Of a stretch of DNA of 32,054 nt, positions 22,041 to 31,207 are shown in pieces. The notes under the pieces were generated by a model. It did no database searches. It was not told where the DNA came from and saw only the letters and a program-made list of their open reading frames with translations. Numbering within the stretch: position 1 is the first letter of the stretch; each line of letters begins with the position of its first letter. The DNA comes from an uncultured Acidobacteriota bacterium (GTDB lineage: Bacteria > Acidobacteriota > Thermoanaerobaculia > UBA5066 > DATFVB01): positions 1-32,054 of the forward strand of contig CAWEYG010000020.1 in assembly GCA_963813155.1 (NCBI GenBank). Reading direction: 5' to 3'. The position numbers and the translations under genes were made by a program.

Positions 22041-22829
22041 TCAACCCTTTCGCGCGACCTTGGACATGCCCGCCTGGGCGACGGGTCGCACGACGATCTC
22101 GTCGATGTCGACGTGTGCGGGTCGGGTGAGCGCCCAGAGGATGCAGTCCGCGATGTCCTCCGCGGTCAACGGCTCGATTCCCTGGTAGACCGCGTCGGAT
22201 TGCTCGCGGGCTTTTCGCAGGTCCTCCTCCGAATGGAACCGCACGAGCGAGAATTCCGTCTCGACGAGCCCGGGGCAGATCTCGGTCACGCGAACGTCCG
22301 TTCCGCTCAGCTCGAGGCGCATCGCCTGAGTGATCGCCTTGACCGACCACTTCGTCGCGCAGTAGACGGATCCTCCTTCGTAGACGCCGAGCGCCGCGAC
22401 GGACCCGAGGTTGACGACGTGCCCGGAATTCTGCCGGGCGAGGTGCGGAAGCACGAGACGGCTCATGTGGAGCAGGCCCTTGACGTTCGTGTCGATCATC
22501 TCGTCCCACTCGCGTTCGTCGCCCTCCGCGACGAAACGGCGCCCCCGGGCGAGGCCGGCGTTGTTGACGAGGATGTCGATGCGGCCGAACCGGTTCATCG
22601 CGCCCGAGACGAAAGACTCGCAGTCCTCCACGCGGCGCACGTCGAGCGCTTCGGTGAGCGTCTCGGCGCCGGCCTCCAGGAGCTCGGCCGCGAGCCGGTC
22701 GAGCCGGTCCGTCCGGCGCGCCCCGAGCACGAGCTTCGCGCCGGCCGCAGCGAGCGCCCGCGAGGTCGCCTCGCCGATCCCCGAAGAAGCTCCGGTGACG
22801 AGGGCGACCTTGTCCTTGAGCGACTGCAT
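22041..22829 (-). CDS. Short-chain dehydrogenase/reductase (YdfG-like)
   Basis: TGASSGIG, NNAG, GSVAA, YCATK, CPGLVETEFS. Confidence 0.92.
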   Translation of the reverse strand: MQSLKDKVALVTGASSGIGEATSRALAAAGAKLVLGARRTDRLDRLAAELLEAGAETLTEALDVRRVEDCESFVSGAMNRFGRIDILVNNAGLARGRRFVAEGDEREWDEMIDTNVKGLLHMSRLVLPHLARQNSGHVVNLGSVAALGVYEGGSVYCATKWSVKAITQAMRLELSGTDVRVTEICPGLVETEFSLVRFHSEEDLRKAREQSDAVYQGIEPLTAEDIADCILWALTRPAHVDIDEIVVRPVAQAGMSKVARKG

Positions 22830-22866
22830 GCGGAAGATCTTACTCCCGCGGTGAAGTCGCTCCGGA

Positions 22867-22895
22867 TTGCGCGGCCCCGCCCGCTCCGATACACT
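22867..22895 (+). promoter_or_regulatory. Putative sigma70 promoter of the tRNA pair
   Basis: TTGCGC-17 nt-TACACT followed by a GC-rich stretch. Confidence 0.5.
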
Positions 22896-22908
22896 TCCCG
22901 GCTCCGGC

Positions 22909-22986
22909 GGCGGGCGTAGCTCAGCTGGTTAGAGTGCCAGATTGTGGATCTGGATGTCGTGGGTTCAAATCCCATCGCTCGCCCCA
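22909..22986 (+). tRNA. tRNA-His (GTG) with encoded G-1 and CCA
   Basis: Acceptor stem GCGGGCG/CGCTCGC, anticodon arm CCAGA-TTGTGGA-TCTGG, T-loop GTTCAAATC, C discriminator. Confidence 0.96.
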
Positions 22987-22999
22987 AATTTCGCTCTTT

Positions 23000-23076
<77 letters not shown>

Positions 23077-23093
23077 TCGAGAGCCCTCTGTCT

Positions 23094-25145
23094 TTATGGC
23101 AACACGACGTTGCGAAAGACCTTCCAATCGCCATCGGACTGGCGCTTCCACACCGTGAGGTACCGGCCGCGGGTGACGGTGGTCTTGCCGTCCCGGACGG
23201 TCTCGATTTCTCCAGAGCCGGTTTCGTAGGCGAAGTCGCCGTCGACGTCGACGCTCCGGGGCTCGAGTTTCGCGGACACCGCGAGGCCCCCGTTCGCGAA
23301 GCGCGAGCGGTACAATTGCTCGATCTCCGCGCGGCCCTTCGCGCACGATCCGTCGTAGCCGACGAAGACTGCGTCGTCGGTATAGGGCGACACGATGATT
23401 GCAACGTCTCCGGTCTTCATCGCGACCGTCCATTCCGAGTTCGCTTTGGCCATCGCCTTGTCGAGTGTCGTGTCGCCCGATCCTCCCGCGGTGAATGCCG
23501 CCAGGACCCCGGCGTCATAGACGACCTTTCCGCCAACGAGTGTCAGCAGAGATACCGTCTTCGGCAGGTCCTGCGCGGGAACGGTGAAGATGTCCTGCGA
23601 CAACACGGCGAGGTCGGCGAGCTTGCCGGGCTCCAGGCTCCCTTTCTGTTTTTCTGCGAACTCGGCGTAGGCGGACCCGAGCGTATAAGCGATGACCGCT
23701 TGTTCCCGCGAGATCGCCTCGGACGGGCGGTTCGGATCGAGAGAGGCGAACATGATGTTCAGATAGGGATTCGTCGGCCCGTCCGAACCGAAAGCAAGCG
23801 GAATGCCTGCGACCAGCAGCGATCGCAGCGGTTGGGATTTCGTCTTTTCAAAGACGCCCGTGAGGTCAGGATTCAACTTCGCGGCGGCGAAGTGCGTCGG
23901 GTTCTGCACCACCACGATTCCCATTTCCTTTGATCGAGGAATCAAGTCCGGTGTCAGGCTGTCGCCGTGTTCGAAACGAACTCGCCGCGTGGCCCAGACT
24001 TTCGGTCCGCCCGCGGACTGCATCGCGTCCAACATCGCGACCGTCGCCGGATAACCCACTGTGTGGACCATCAACTGATCGTCATCACTCAGCGACTCCC
24101 GCAACATGGCGGCGAGCTCCGTCTTCGGAAATATCAACTCCAGATGTTGAACGAACTCATCCATGGTTGAAGAATCGTCGCGCGGCGCAAACGTTCCTTC
24201 GACCGGAACCCCGTCGATCATCCATTTGGTTCCGCTGACCGTGATGAGCGGATTCGAGGTGCGTGGAACTGGTCGGCCTTCCTGGATGTCGCGGCCGGCG
24301 GGAGTCGTTCCCGGCATCCTCATGACGCGAACCCGGATGGGAGTCGGCACTTTCTCCAGGAGCGAAACGCACCGGCGGGGCGCCATCCGGTTCGACATGT
24401 CCTGGAGGGTCGTGATTCCCCACCGAGCGGCCTCGGACAGTGTCTTGCGCAACTCCGCGACGGCGTCCGCGTCGCTCGTCTGATCCGAGAGGCGGCGCTT
24501 CACGATCGTCGCCGCGTATTCGCGAATGACCCCGGTGAGCTTGCCATCCGGGGACCTTTCGTAGCGTCCGCCCATCGGATCCGGCTGGTCCTCTCGAATC
24601 CCGGCCCGCGCCAGCGCGGCGCTATTGACGATCAGGGCATGACCCGTGAAGGTTTCCAGAACGACGGGGTTTTTCGGAGCGATCCGGTCGAGGGTGTCCC
24701 GATTCACCGAAAGATTACGAAAGATCTTCCAGCCGATCTCGGAGTGGATGGGGGAACTCTTCGGAGCGCTGCGCACGGCATCTTCAATTGCGGACTTCAT
24801 TTCAGGCCAGGCCGGATCGGGGGTCTTGAGGTCCAGTTCGATGCGATCGTGAGGGGAGATGGCGAGGTGGTTGTGAGCGTCGTTGATTCCTGGAATCACA
24901 GTGCGGCCACCGAGATCGATCTGTTTCGTGTGTGGCCCGGCGAGCGCTTTGATTTCAGCCGCGTTTCCGATGGCAACGATTTGTTCGCCGTTTACGGCGA
25001 GAGCCTGGACATAAGGATGCGCCGTGTCGCTCGTGAAAATCTTTCCGTTGAGCAGGATCAGGTCGGGCTTGCTTCTCGGCGAAGCTTGCGCCATCGCGAC
25101 CGCGCACATCGCCGCGCCGAGAACAAAAAGTCCCGATGTCTTCAT
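23094..25145 (-). CDS. Secreted amidohydrolase_3 (YtcJ-like) fused to a C-terminal NTF2-like (DUF4440/SnoaL-like) domain
   Basis: IDLGGRTVIPGINDAHNH, RFEHG, AFGSD, KGSLEPGKLADLAVL; last ~130 aa read YTDDAVFV...GRYLTVWKRQSDGDWK. Confidence 0.88.
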   Translation of the reverse strand: MKTSGLFVLGAAMCAVAMAQASPRSKPDLILLNGKIFTSDTAHPYVQALAVNGEQIVAIGNAAEIKALAGPHTKQIDLGGRTVIPGINDAHNHLAISPHDRIELDLKTPDPAWPEMKSAIEDAVRSAPKSSPIHSEIGWKIFRNLSVNRDTLDRIAPKNPVVLETFTGHALIVNSAALARAGIREDQPDPMGGRYERSPDGKLTGVIREYAATIVKRRLSDQTSDADAVAELRKTLSEAARWGITTLQDMSNRMAPRRCVSLLEKVPTPIRVRVMRMPGTTPAGRDIQEGRPVPRTSNPLITVSGTKWMIDGVPVEGTFAPRDDSSTMDEFVQHLELIFPKTELAAMLRESLSDDDQLMVHTVGYPATVAMLDAMQSAGGPKVWATRRVRFEHGDSLTPDLIPRSKEMGIVVVQNPTHFAAAKLNPDLTGVFEKTKSQPLRSLLVAGIPLAFGSDGPTNPYLNIMFASLDPNRPSEAISREQAVIAYTLGSAYAEFAEKQKGSLEPGKLADLAVLSQDIFTVPAQDLPKTVSLLTLVGGKVVYDAGVLAAFTAGGSGDTTLDKAMAKANSEWTVAMKTGDVAIIVSPYTDDAVFVGYDGSCAKGRAEIEQLYRSRFANGGLAVSAKLEPRSVDVDGDFAYETGSGEIETVRDGKTTVTRGRYLTVWKRQSDGDWKVFRNVVLP

Positions 25146-25318
25146 AACCCCTCCACGTCACTGAACCCGCCGTTTGCCTGCCGACTTCCCGAAACCGACA
25201 TCTCAAGTGTGCGGCCCTCGGGATGAGCGGCCTTCCATCGCATCCAGATGATTTTGCGGTATGAAGTGGCATGTAAACAACTGAAATAAAAAGCAATAAT
25301 GCGATAATTAATCTCTTC

Positions 25319-25347
25319 TTGACACAATACCGACTAGTGGGTACGAT
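25319..25347 (+). promoter_or_regulatory. sigma70 promoter overlapped by a palindromic TetR-type operator (25328-25343)
   Basis: TTGACA-17 nt-TACGAT. TACCGACTAGTGGGTA matches its own reverse complement at 14 of 16 positions. Confidence 0.75.
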
Positions 25348-25370
25348 CTCAGCCGGATGGTAGGGAGAGA

Positions 25371-25988
25371 ATGATGGCAGCTGAAACGCAACACGAATCG
25401 AAGCTCAAGCTCATCGAATCGTCGGTGGATGTCATCCGGGCCAAGGGCTATGCGGCGACGACGGTCGACGACATCTGCCACAGGGCCGGAGTGACGAAGG
25501 GCAGCTTCTTTCATCACTTCAAGAGCAAGGACGAGCTGGCCATCGCTGCCGCCACCTACTTCGGGACGATGTCGGTCGGCCTCTTCGCGACGGCGCCGTA
25601 CCGCAAGCTCGAGGACCCGCTGGATCGCCTTCTCGGCTATCTCGACTTTCGCGGGCAGCTTCTTCAAGGGGAATTGCCGGACTACACCTGCCTTCTCGGC
25701 ACGCTCGTACAGGAAACGTACGCGACGCACCCGGCCATTCGCGCGGCCTGCGATCAGGGCCTGTCCTTGCACATCGAAGGTCTGACTCGCGACATCGAGG
25801 CTGCGAAGCAGATCTATGCGCCCCTGGCCACCTGGAGCGCGGAAAGCGTCGGCGACTTCATCCAGGCCGCGCTGCAGGGCTCCTTCATCTTTGCGAAGGC
25901 GAGGCAGAGCCCCGACGTCGTGCGCGAAAGCCTCGAGCATTTGCGCCGATACCTCGTCGGCCTTTTCCATGAACCCAGCGTCACATGA
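25371..25988 (+). CDS. TetR/AcrR-family regulator (NemR-like)
   Basis: KGYAATTVDDICHRAGVTKGSFFHHFKSKDEL; C-domain CLLGTLVQE. Confidence 0.92.
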   Translation: MMAAETQHESKLKLIESSVDVIRAKGYAATTVDDICHRAGVTKGSFFHHFKSKDELAIAAATYFGTMSVGLFATAPYRKLEDPLDRLLGYLDFRGQLLQGELPDYTCLLGTLVQETYATHPAIRAACDQGLSLHIEGLTRDIEAAKQIYAPLATWSAESVGDFIQAALQGSFIFAKARQSPDVVRESLEHLRRYLVGLFHEPSVT

Positions 25989-26278
25989 AGACATCTCAGC
26001 GGCATCGACAGCTTCCCGGTGACGAAGTGACCGACGAGCCCATCACCGTCGTGACGTCCGTTCGCCTCACGGAGGGGCAAATCTATTTCCTGGACCGATT
26101 CCGCGCGCGAGTCGCTCGAGACACCGGGTGCCGACTCTCTCGTGCCGCACTTCTGCAGGTCCTCGCGGAAGTCGTCAGCGCCGCCCCACCGGATCTCCGC
26201 GATGTCGCGTCGGAGGCCGACCTGACGCGACGCCTTTGCGAGGTCTCGGGCCTTCCTCACGACGAGGGGCGTGCATGA
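25985..26278 (+). CDS. Putative ribbon-helix-helix DNA-binding protein
   Basis: ATGA overlaps at both ends; TSVRLTEGQIYFLDRF...TGCRLSRAALLQVL pattern. Confidence 0.6.
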   Translation: MKTSQRHRQLPGDEVTDEPITVVTSVRLTEGQIYFLDRFRARVARDTGCRLSRAALLQVLAEVVSAAPPDLRDVASEADLTRRLCEVSGLPHDEGRA

Positions 26279-26547
26279 GCGCCGTCCTTCCGACGACCGA
26301 GCATCGAATCGCGCCGGAGACGCACTGCACGGTGACTCTGCGCGTCAGCAACGAGGCCCTCGTCACTCTTCAGCTCCTGGCCATCGACATTCGGTCTCGC
26401 TCGGGCGCGAGCATGAGCCGTTCGGCAATTCTTCGCAGCCTCATTCGATGGATGGAGATGTGCGACGTCGACACGCGCCAGGTTCTGTCCTCCGATGCCC
26501 TTCGAACGTCGCTTCTCATGACGCTTCCGTGCAGCAGGGAAACATGA
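26275..26547 (+). CDS. Putative ribbon-helix-helix DNA-binding protein, paralogue of the preceding gene
   Basis: ATG 26275 with GAGGGG SD and ATGA overlaps; TVTLRVSNEALVTLQLL...SGASMSRSAILRSLI. Confidence 0.6.
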   Translation: MSAVLPTTEHRIAPETHCTVTLRVSNEALVTLQLLAIDIRSRSGASMSRSAILRSLIRWMEMCDVDTRQVLSSDALRTSLLMTLPCSRET

Positions 26548-27002
26548 AATCCACGGACAGGTCTGACGATCGCAAACCGATGCCATCGGATTCTCTGGGC
26601 TCTCCGGCAGAGTCGGCGGGATCCTTCGGAAGAGCGCTTCGGGAAGAGCGGCGATGGCGCAAGCTGACCGTGAGCCACCTGGCGAGCTTGAGCGGGATGA
26701 GCGCGTCTTACCTTTCCCGCATCGAACACGGTCAACTGCCGCCGCCGAGCGCGAAGATCATGCATCGTCTCGCGAGTGCGCTCAACATCGAGGTCGGCGC
26801 GTTGCAGACGGCGGCGGGTCTCATACCGGAGCGTGTCATGGCTGTCATTCGCGACAGACCGGCTGTCCTCACGTTGCTCAGCCTCATCGACCGCCAACCC
26901 GAAAACGAGCTGCTGCGACTGTGCGATGGCTGCTCAAGCGGCGTGAACGTCTCAATTGACATCGCCAGATCGACGTCTCCGACCGCGACTATCGACATTT
27001 AG
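26544..27002 (+). CDS. XRE-family helix-turn-helix regulator
   Basis: FGRALREERRWRKLTVSHLASLSGMSASYLSRIEHG..PPS...RLASAL; ATGA overlap with the upstream gene. Confidence 0.8.
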   Translation: MKSTDRSDDRKPMPSDSLGSPAESAGSFGRALREERRWRKLTVSHLASLSGMSASYLSRIEHGQLPPPSAKIMHRLASALNIEVGALQTAAGLIPERVMAVIRDRPAVLTLLSLIDRQPENELLRLCDGCSSGVNVSIDIARSTSPTATIDI

Positions 27003-27093
27003 TTTTTCCGAAACAGTCAACACCCCTTTGCTATGTCTCGGCGTGTCAAGTCACTTCGTCGTGACTATGAAGTGTTTAGTATTTCCGAAAAAG
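26998..27093 (+). repeat. 19-nt direct repeat pair, candidate activator binding sites
   Basis: TTTAGTTTTTCCGAAACAG (26998-27016) and TTTAGTATTTCCGAAAAAG (27075-27093), 17 of 19 identical. Confidence 0.6.
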
Positions 27094-27189
27094 CAATAAC
27101 CGACCGACCTCCTGAATCCGCGTCCAAATAGCCGACCGGCACGTCACGCAACAACTCGCTTAACTGTCTGAGTTCTAGTGCAGTGACTG

Positions 27190-27205
27190 TGGCAGCGACA
27201 TTGCT
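27190..27205 (+). promoter_or_regulatory. Putative sigma54 (-24/-12) promoter for the TonB receptor
   Basis: TGGCAGCGACATTGCT fits GG-N10-GC, 83 nt upstream of the ATG. Confidence 0.6.
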
Positions 27206-27288
27206 CTTCGGTGCAATCGAAGCTTTCACATGCCGCGTGCGCGGCACAGTGAAGCGACGATGACCCGAGAGGGTCGGGAAGGAGTTTT

Positions 27289-30286
27289 ATGAAGGTGTTC
27301 AGACTACTTGCCATCTGTCTGATGGCGGCTGTCGTCTCCGCGCCCCTGTTCGGACAGGGAGCGTCGGCGACGTACGGCAACATCTACGGGAAAGTGACGG
27401 ACGAGTCGGGCGGGGCATTGCCCGGAGTCTCCGTCACGCTCACCGGCGGCGGCGGCGCGCGAACGGCGACGTCGGGAGGCCAGGGGGAATTCCGATTCCT
27501 CAACCTGGCTCCCGGGAGCTACACCGTCAAGACGGAGCTCTACGGTTTCTCGACCGTCGAGCGCACGAACGTGACGGTGAGCCTGGGTTCCAACACGGAG
27601 GTCGCGATTCCGATGAAGATCGCGTCGGTCGCGACGACGGTCACGGTGTCCTCGGAGACCCCGCTTCTCGACACGCGTCGAGGTCAGCACGGGCTCCGAC
27701 TTCACGTCGGACCAGTTGAAGAGCATTCCGACGGCGCGCGACCCCTGGGTCGTGTTGCAGCAGGTGCCTTCCGTCCAGATGGACCGGGTCAACGTGGCGG
27801 GCAGCGAGAGCGGCCAGCAGTCGGAATACATCGGCAAAGGTGTGGATACCACGCAGAATTCCTGGCTCGTCGACGGCGTCGAGGTGACGGACATGTCGGC
27901 TCAGGGCTCGTCCTCGACGTACTACGATTTCGACGCGTTCCAGGAGATGCAGGCGACGACGGGCGGATCCGATCCTGCGATCGCGGTCCCGGGCGTCACG
28001 CTCAACATGGTGACCAAGCGCGGCACCAACGAAGTGCACGGATCGGCTCGAATCTTCGACACGCCGAGCGAGACGGAAGCACGGGCGAACCGCAACGCAG
28101 TCGGACCCTACAACGCCGCTATCGGCAGACCGACCACGCTCAAAGTCGGCAGCGGCAACTCGATTGACCACATCCAGGACTACGGAGCCGAAGCGGGCGG
28201 ACCGATCGGGGCCGACAAGGCGTGGCTCTGGGGCAGCTACGGGCGCGATCAGATCGACCTGATCAAGCTCTCCTCCGCGGCCACGGACCTGACGACCCTC
28301 GAAAACTATTCCGGCAAGTTGAACGTCCAGCCGATCGAGTCGAACTCGGCGACCGGGTTCTATTTCCGCGGCGACAAGATCAAGATCGGCCGCACGGCGG
28401 CAACGACCGCGGCCAGGGCACGGCGTGGGACCAGACCGGACCGACGACGATCTGGAAGGGCGACGACTCGCAGGTCTTCGGGCCCAACTTCGTGCTCAAC
28501 GCGGCACTCGACTACGTCCGTGCGGGATTTACCTCTTGCTCCCCAGGCCGGTCTCGGACCCAATATCATCCAGGACCAGAACGAGGTGTGGCAGGGAACG
28601 TTCTTCCAATTCGGGACGTATCGGCCGCAGCATCAGGCAACGGCCAACGCCTCGTACTTCTTCAACACGGGCTCGATCGGCCATGAGCTGAAGTTCGGAT
28701 TCGGATACAAACACATCATCGGCGGCTCGACGACGACATGGCCGGGCAACCAGGACGTCAACTACCTGAACTACAACGGCAGCGGCCAGTCGTACGTCAG
28801 GGTCTTTCGCAACCTCGTGACCAACGAGACGCAGACCTACTATGACGCTTACCTGGGCGACACGATGACGGCGAACAACCTGACGGTCAACGTCGGCATT
28901 CGCTACGACGACCAGAAGGGTCAAAATGCTGCCTCGAGCGCGCCGGGCAACAACTCGGTCTGCGATCCCGGCCAGCCCTTCTCGCTGTCGAATCCCTGCA
29001 TCCCGGCGCTCAACTACGCCGGCGGACCGACAGAGGTCCATTTCAAGGACTGGGAGCCCCGCGTGGGCCTGACCTACGCTCTCGGCGCCCAGAAGTCGAC
29101 GCTGCTGCGCGCTTCCTATGCGCGCTTCGCGGATTCCATGGGAACGACGTACGTCGCGTACGACAACCCGGTCGCCTACACGTACATGAACTTTCCCTTC
29201 ACCGACGCGAACCACAACGGCATCGCGGACCCGGGAGAGCTCGGTCCGAACGGGGCCTTCGAAGGATTCGATCCGAACAACCCGACGAGCGTCGTCTCTC
29301 CGAACAAAATCCAGCCGAACCTGAAGAACTCGAAGACCGACGAGTTCATGGTCGGCGTCGACCACCAGATTCTTCCGGAGCTGGTCGCCGGCGTGACGTA
29401 CACGCACCGCCACCGCTTCGACAGCATCAACGGCCATCTCGTCGGTGTCACCGCGGCGGACTTCGTGCTGGATCCTGCGCGGAGCAACCAGCCGGCGTAC
29501 GATCAGCAGGGCCATCTCATCGGAAACACGGGCAACTACTACGACTTCATCGCGCCGGCCGCATTCACCGGCGGCGAAGAGCTCGTCAACGACCCCGGTT
29601 TCACGACCGACTACAACGGTGCGGAGCTGCAGTTGACGAAGCGGCTTTCCAATCGCTGGATGGCGCACGCGTCGGCCGCCTACACGGACTGGAGAGCGAA
29701 CAACAAGGGCGGAGACTCCTGCCTCGCCTAGACCGCCGGCCTCGGGTCCTGGAAGGGTCCTACCAACGTACTGACAACCACTCTGGGTGCAAGCTGCGGT
29801 AACGACGTCCAGGCATTCCAGACTTCTGCCGGCTCCGGGTCGAAGACGGATGTCAACTTGAGTTCGAAGTGGCAAGCCAACGTCAGCGCCATGTATCAGC
29901 TCCCGCTGAACTTCAACGTCGCGGCCAACCTCTTTGCTCGCCAGGGCTATCTCCAGGTCTACTACGCGAACGTTTCCGGCGGCGACGTGGGTTCTTCCCT
30001 CGGTTAGCGCAAGGTCATCGTGGGATCGAGCGACGATCACCGCTTGAACAACCTCTACCAGGTCGATCTGCGAATGGAGAAGGTCCTTCCTCTCTTCCAG
30101 AAGGCGGACATGACGCTCTCGGTCGACATGTTCAACGCCTTGAACGCCAACACGGTCCTTCAGCAGTCGCAACAGTTGAGCACGAATGCGTGCGGCGGCG
30201 CTGTCAGCTGCACGGGCAAGGGCAATCGAGTGGAGGAAACAATGAGTCCTCGAGTCCTTCGCTTCGGAGCGCGCTTGAGCTTCTAA
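27289..30286 (+). CDS. Oar-like TonB-dependent outer-membrane receptor with N-terminal carboxypeptidase-regulatory-like domain; disrupted as assembled (indels ~27680, ~28395, ~28535; in-frame TAG at 29729 and 30005)
   Basis: Signal peptide, GKVTDESGGALPGVSVT, IPTARDPW, MVTKRGTN, GIRYD, EPRVGLTY, C-terminal VLRFGARLSF ending in Phe; AAGGAG SD. Confidence 0.88.
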
Positions 30287-30308
30287 GGTCCTCGGTCAAC
30301 AGTGCCTC

Positions 30309-30342
30309 GCCCGCCGGGGAGAAATCCCCGGCGGGCATTTTT
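30309..30342 (+). terminator. Rho-independent terminator
   Basis: GCCCGCCGGGGA-GAAA-TCCCCGGCGGGC-ATTTTT. Confidence 0.85.
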
Positions 30343-30365
30343 GTCGAATCGACGAAAGAGGAGTC

Positions 30366-31141
30366 ATGAAACTCAGAAGAGGAACAGTCCGTTACTCTGG
30401 GAACCTTGGGTCTGGTTGCCTCGCTGAGCGCAGGAACGTCGGCTCGCGCGCAGGCACCCCAAACCCTGTATCCGAGCATGGCGCCGGTCGAGCAATACCT
30501 CGTGGCCGATCGCAATGCCGAGATCGCTCTGGCGCGGAGCGCCGGGCCCGCTGCGGTCTCGGACAAGGCCGAGATCCTCGTGCTCGGCGCCCACGGCTAT
30601 GAGACGGCTGTGCAGGGAAGCAATGGCTTCGTGTGTTTCCAGGAAAGATCGTGGGCGAAACGATTTCGACGATCCGGAGTTCTGGAACCCGAAGATCCAC
30701 ACGCCGCAATGCTGGAACGCGGCTGCGGCGAGCTCGGTACTCCCGGACTATCTCAAGCGCACCCAGTGGGTGCTCGCGGGGAGTCTCCAGGGACGAGATG
30801 CTGGCCCGGACGAAGGCGGCGTTGGCGGCCCATGAGATCGGCTCGCCCGCTCCGGGGTCCATGGCTTACATGCTGTCGAAGGATCAGTACATCACATGAT
30901 CCGGCGCCGGGCGTGGAAGCCGCGTTGGTATCCCCATGTCATGTTCTTCGTGCCCGCGACCGAGGCCTCGACGTGGGGCGCAAACGTTCATGGCGGTCCG
31001 ATCTTCTCGACCACGAGCGATGTGGAACCGATCACGATCTTCTTCGTGTTGGCACCCAAATGGTCCGATGGGAGTTTCGGTCCCTACGTCCCGACCCTGG
31101 CTGCCACGACGGCGAATCCCGAGAGCCATCACCACGATTGA
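30366..31141 (+). CDS. Secreted hypothetical protein broken by about 4 frameshifts
   Basis: GAGGAG SD. Fragments join as YPSMAPVEQYL..AEIALARSA..GSNGFVC / FDDPEFWNPK..CWN / PGSMAYMLSK / WYPHVMFFVP..APKWSDGS. Confidence 0.7.
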
Positions 31142-31207
31142 CAGACCGCCTTTGACGCATGGATTCGAGACCATCTCATAGAAACACCAGAGAAAGGTGA
31201 GGTACAA

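Noticed and set aside
25985-27002. Toxin-antitoxin interpretation of the small genes
   Set aside because: No recognisable toxin motif (PIN, RelE/ParE, HipA, GNAT); all products look like DNA binders.
29700-30010. Diversity-generating retroelement target or genome-wide TAG reassignment
   Set aside because: No template repeat or reverse transcriptase in the window, and TAG terminates several intact genes here.
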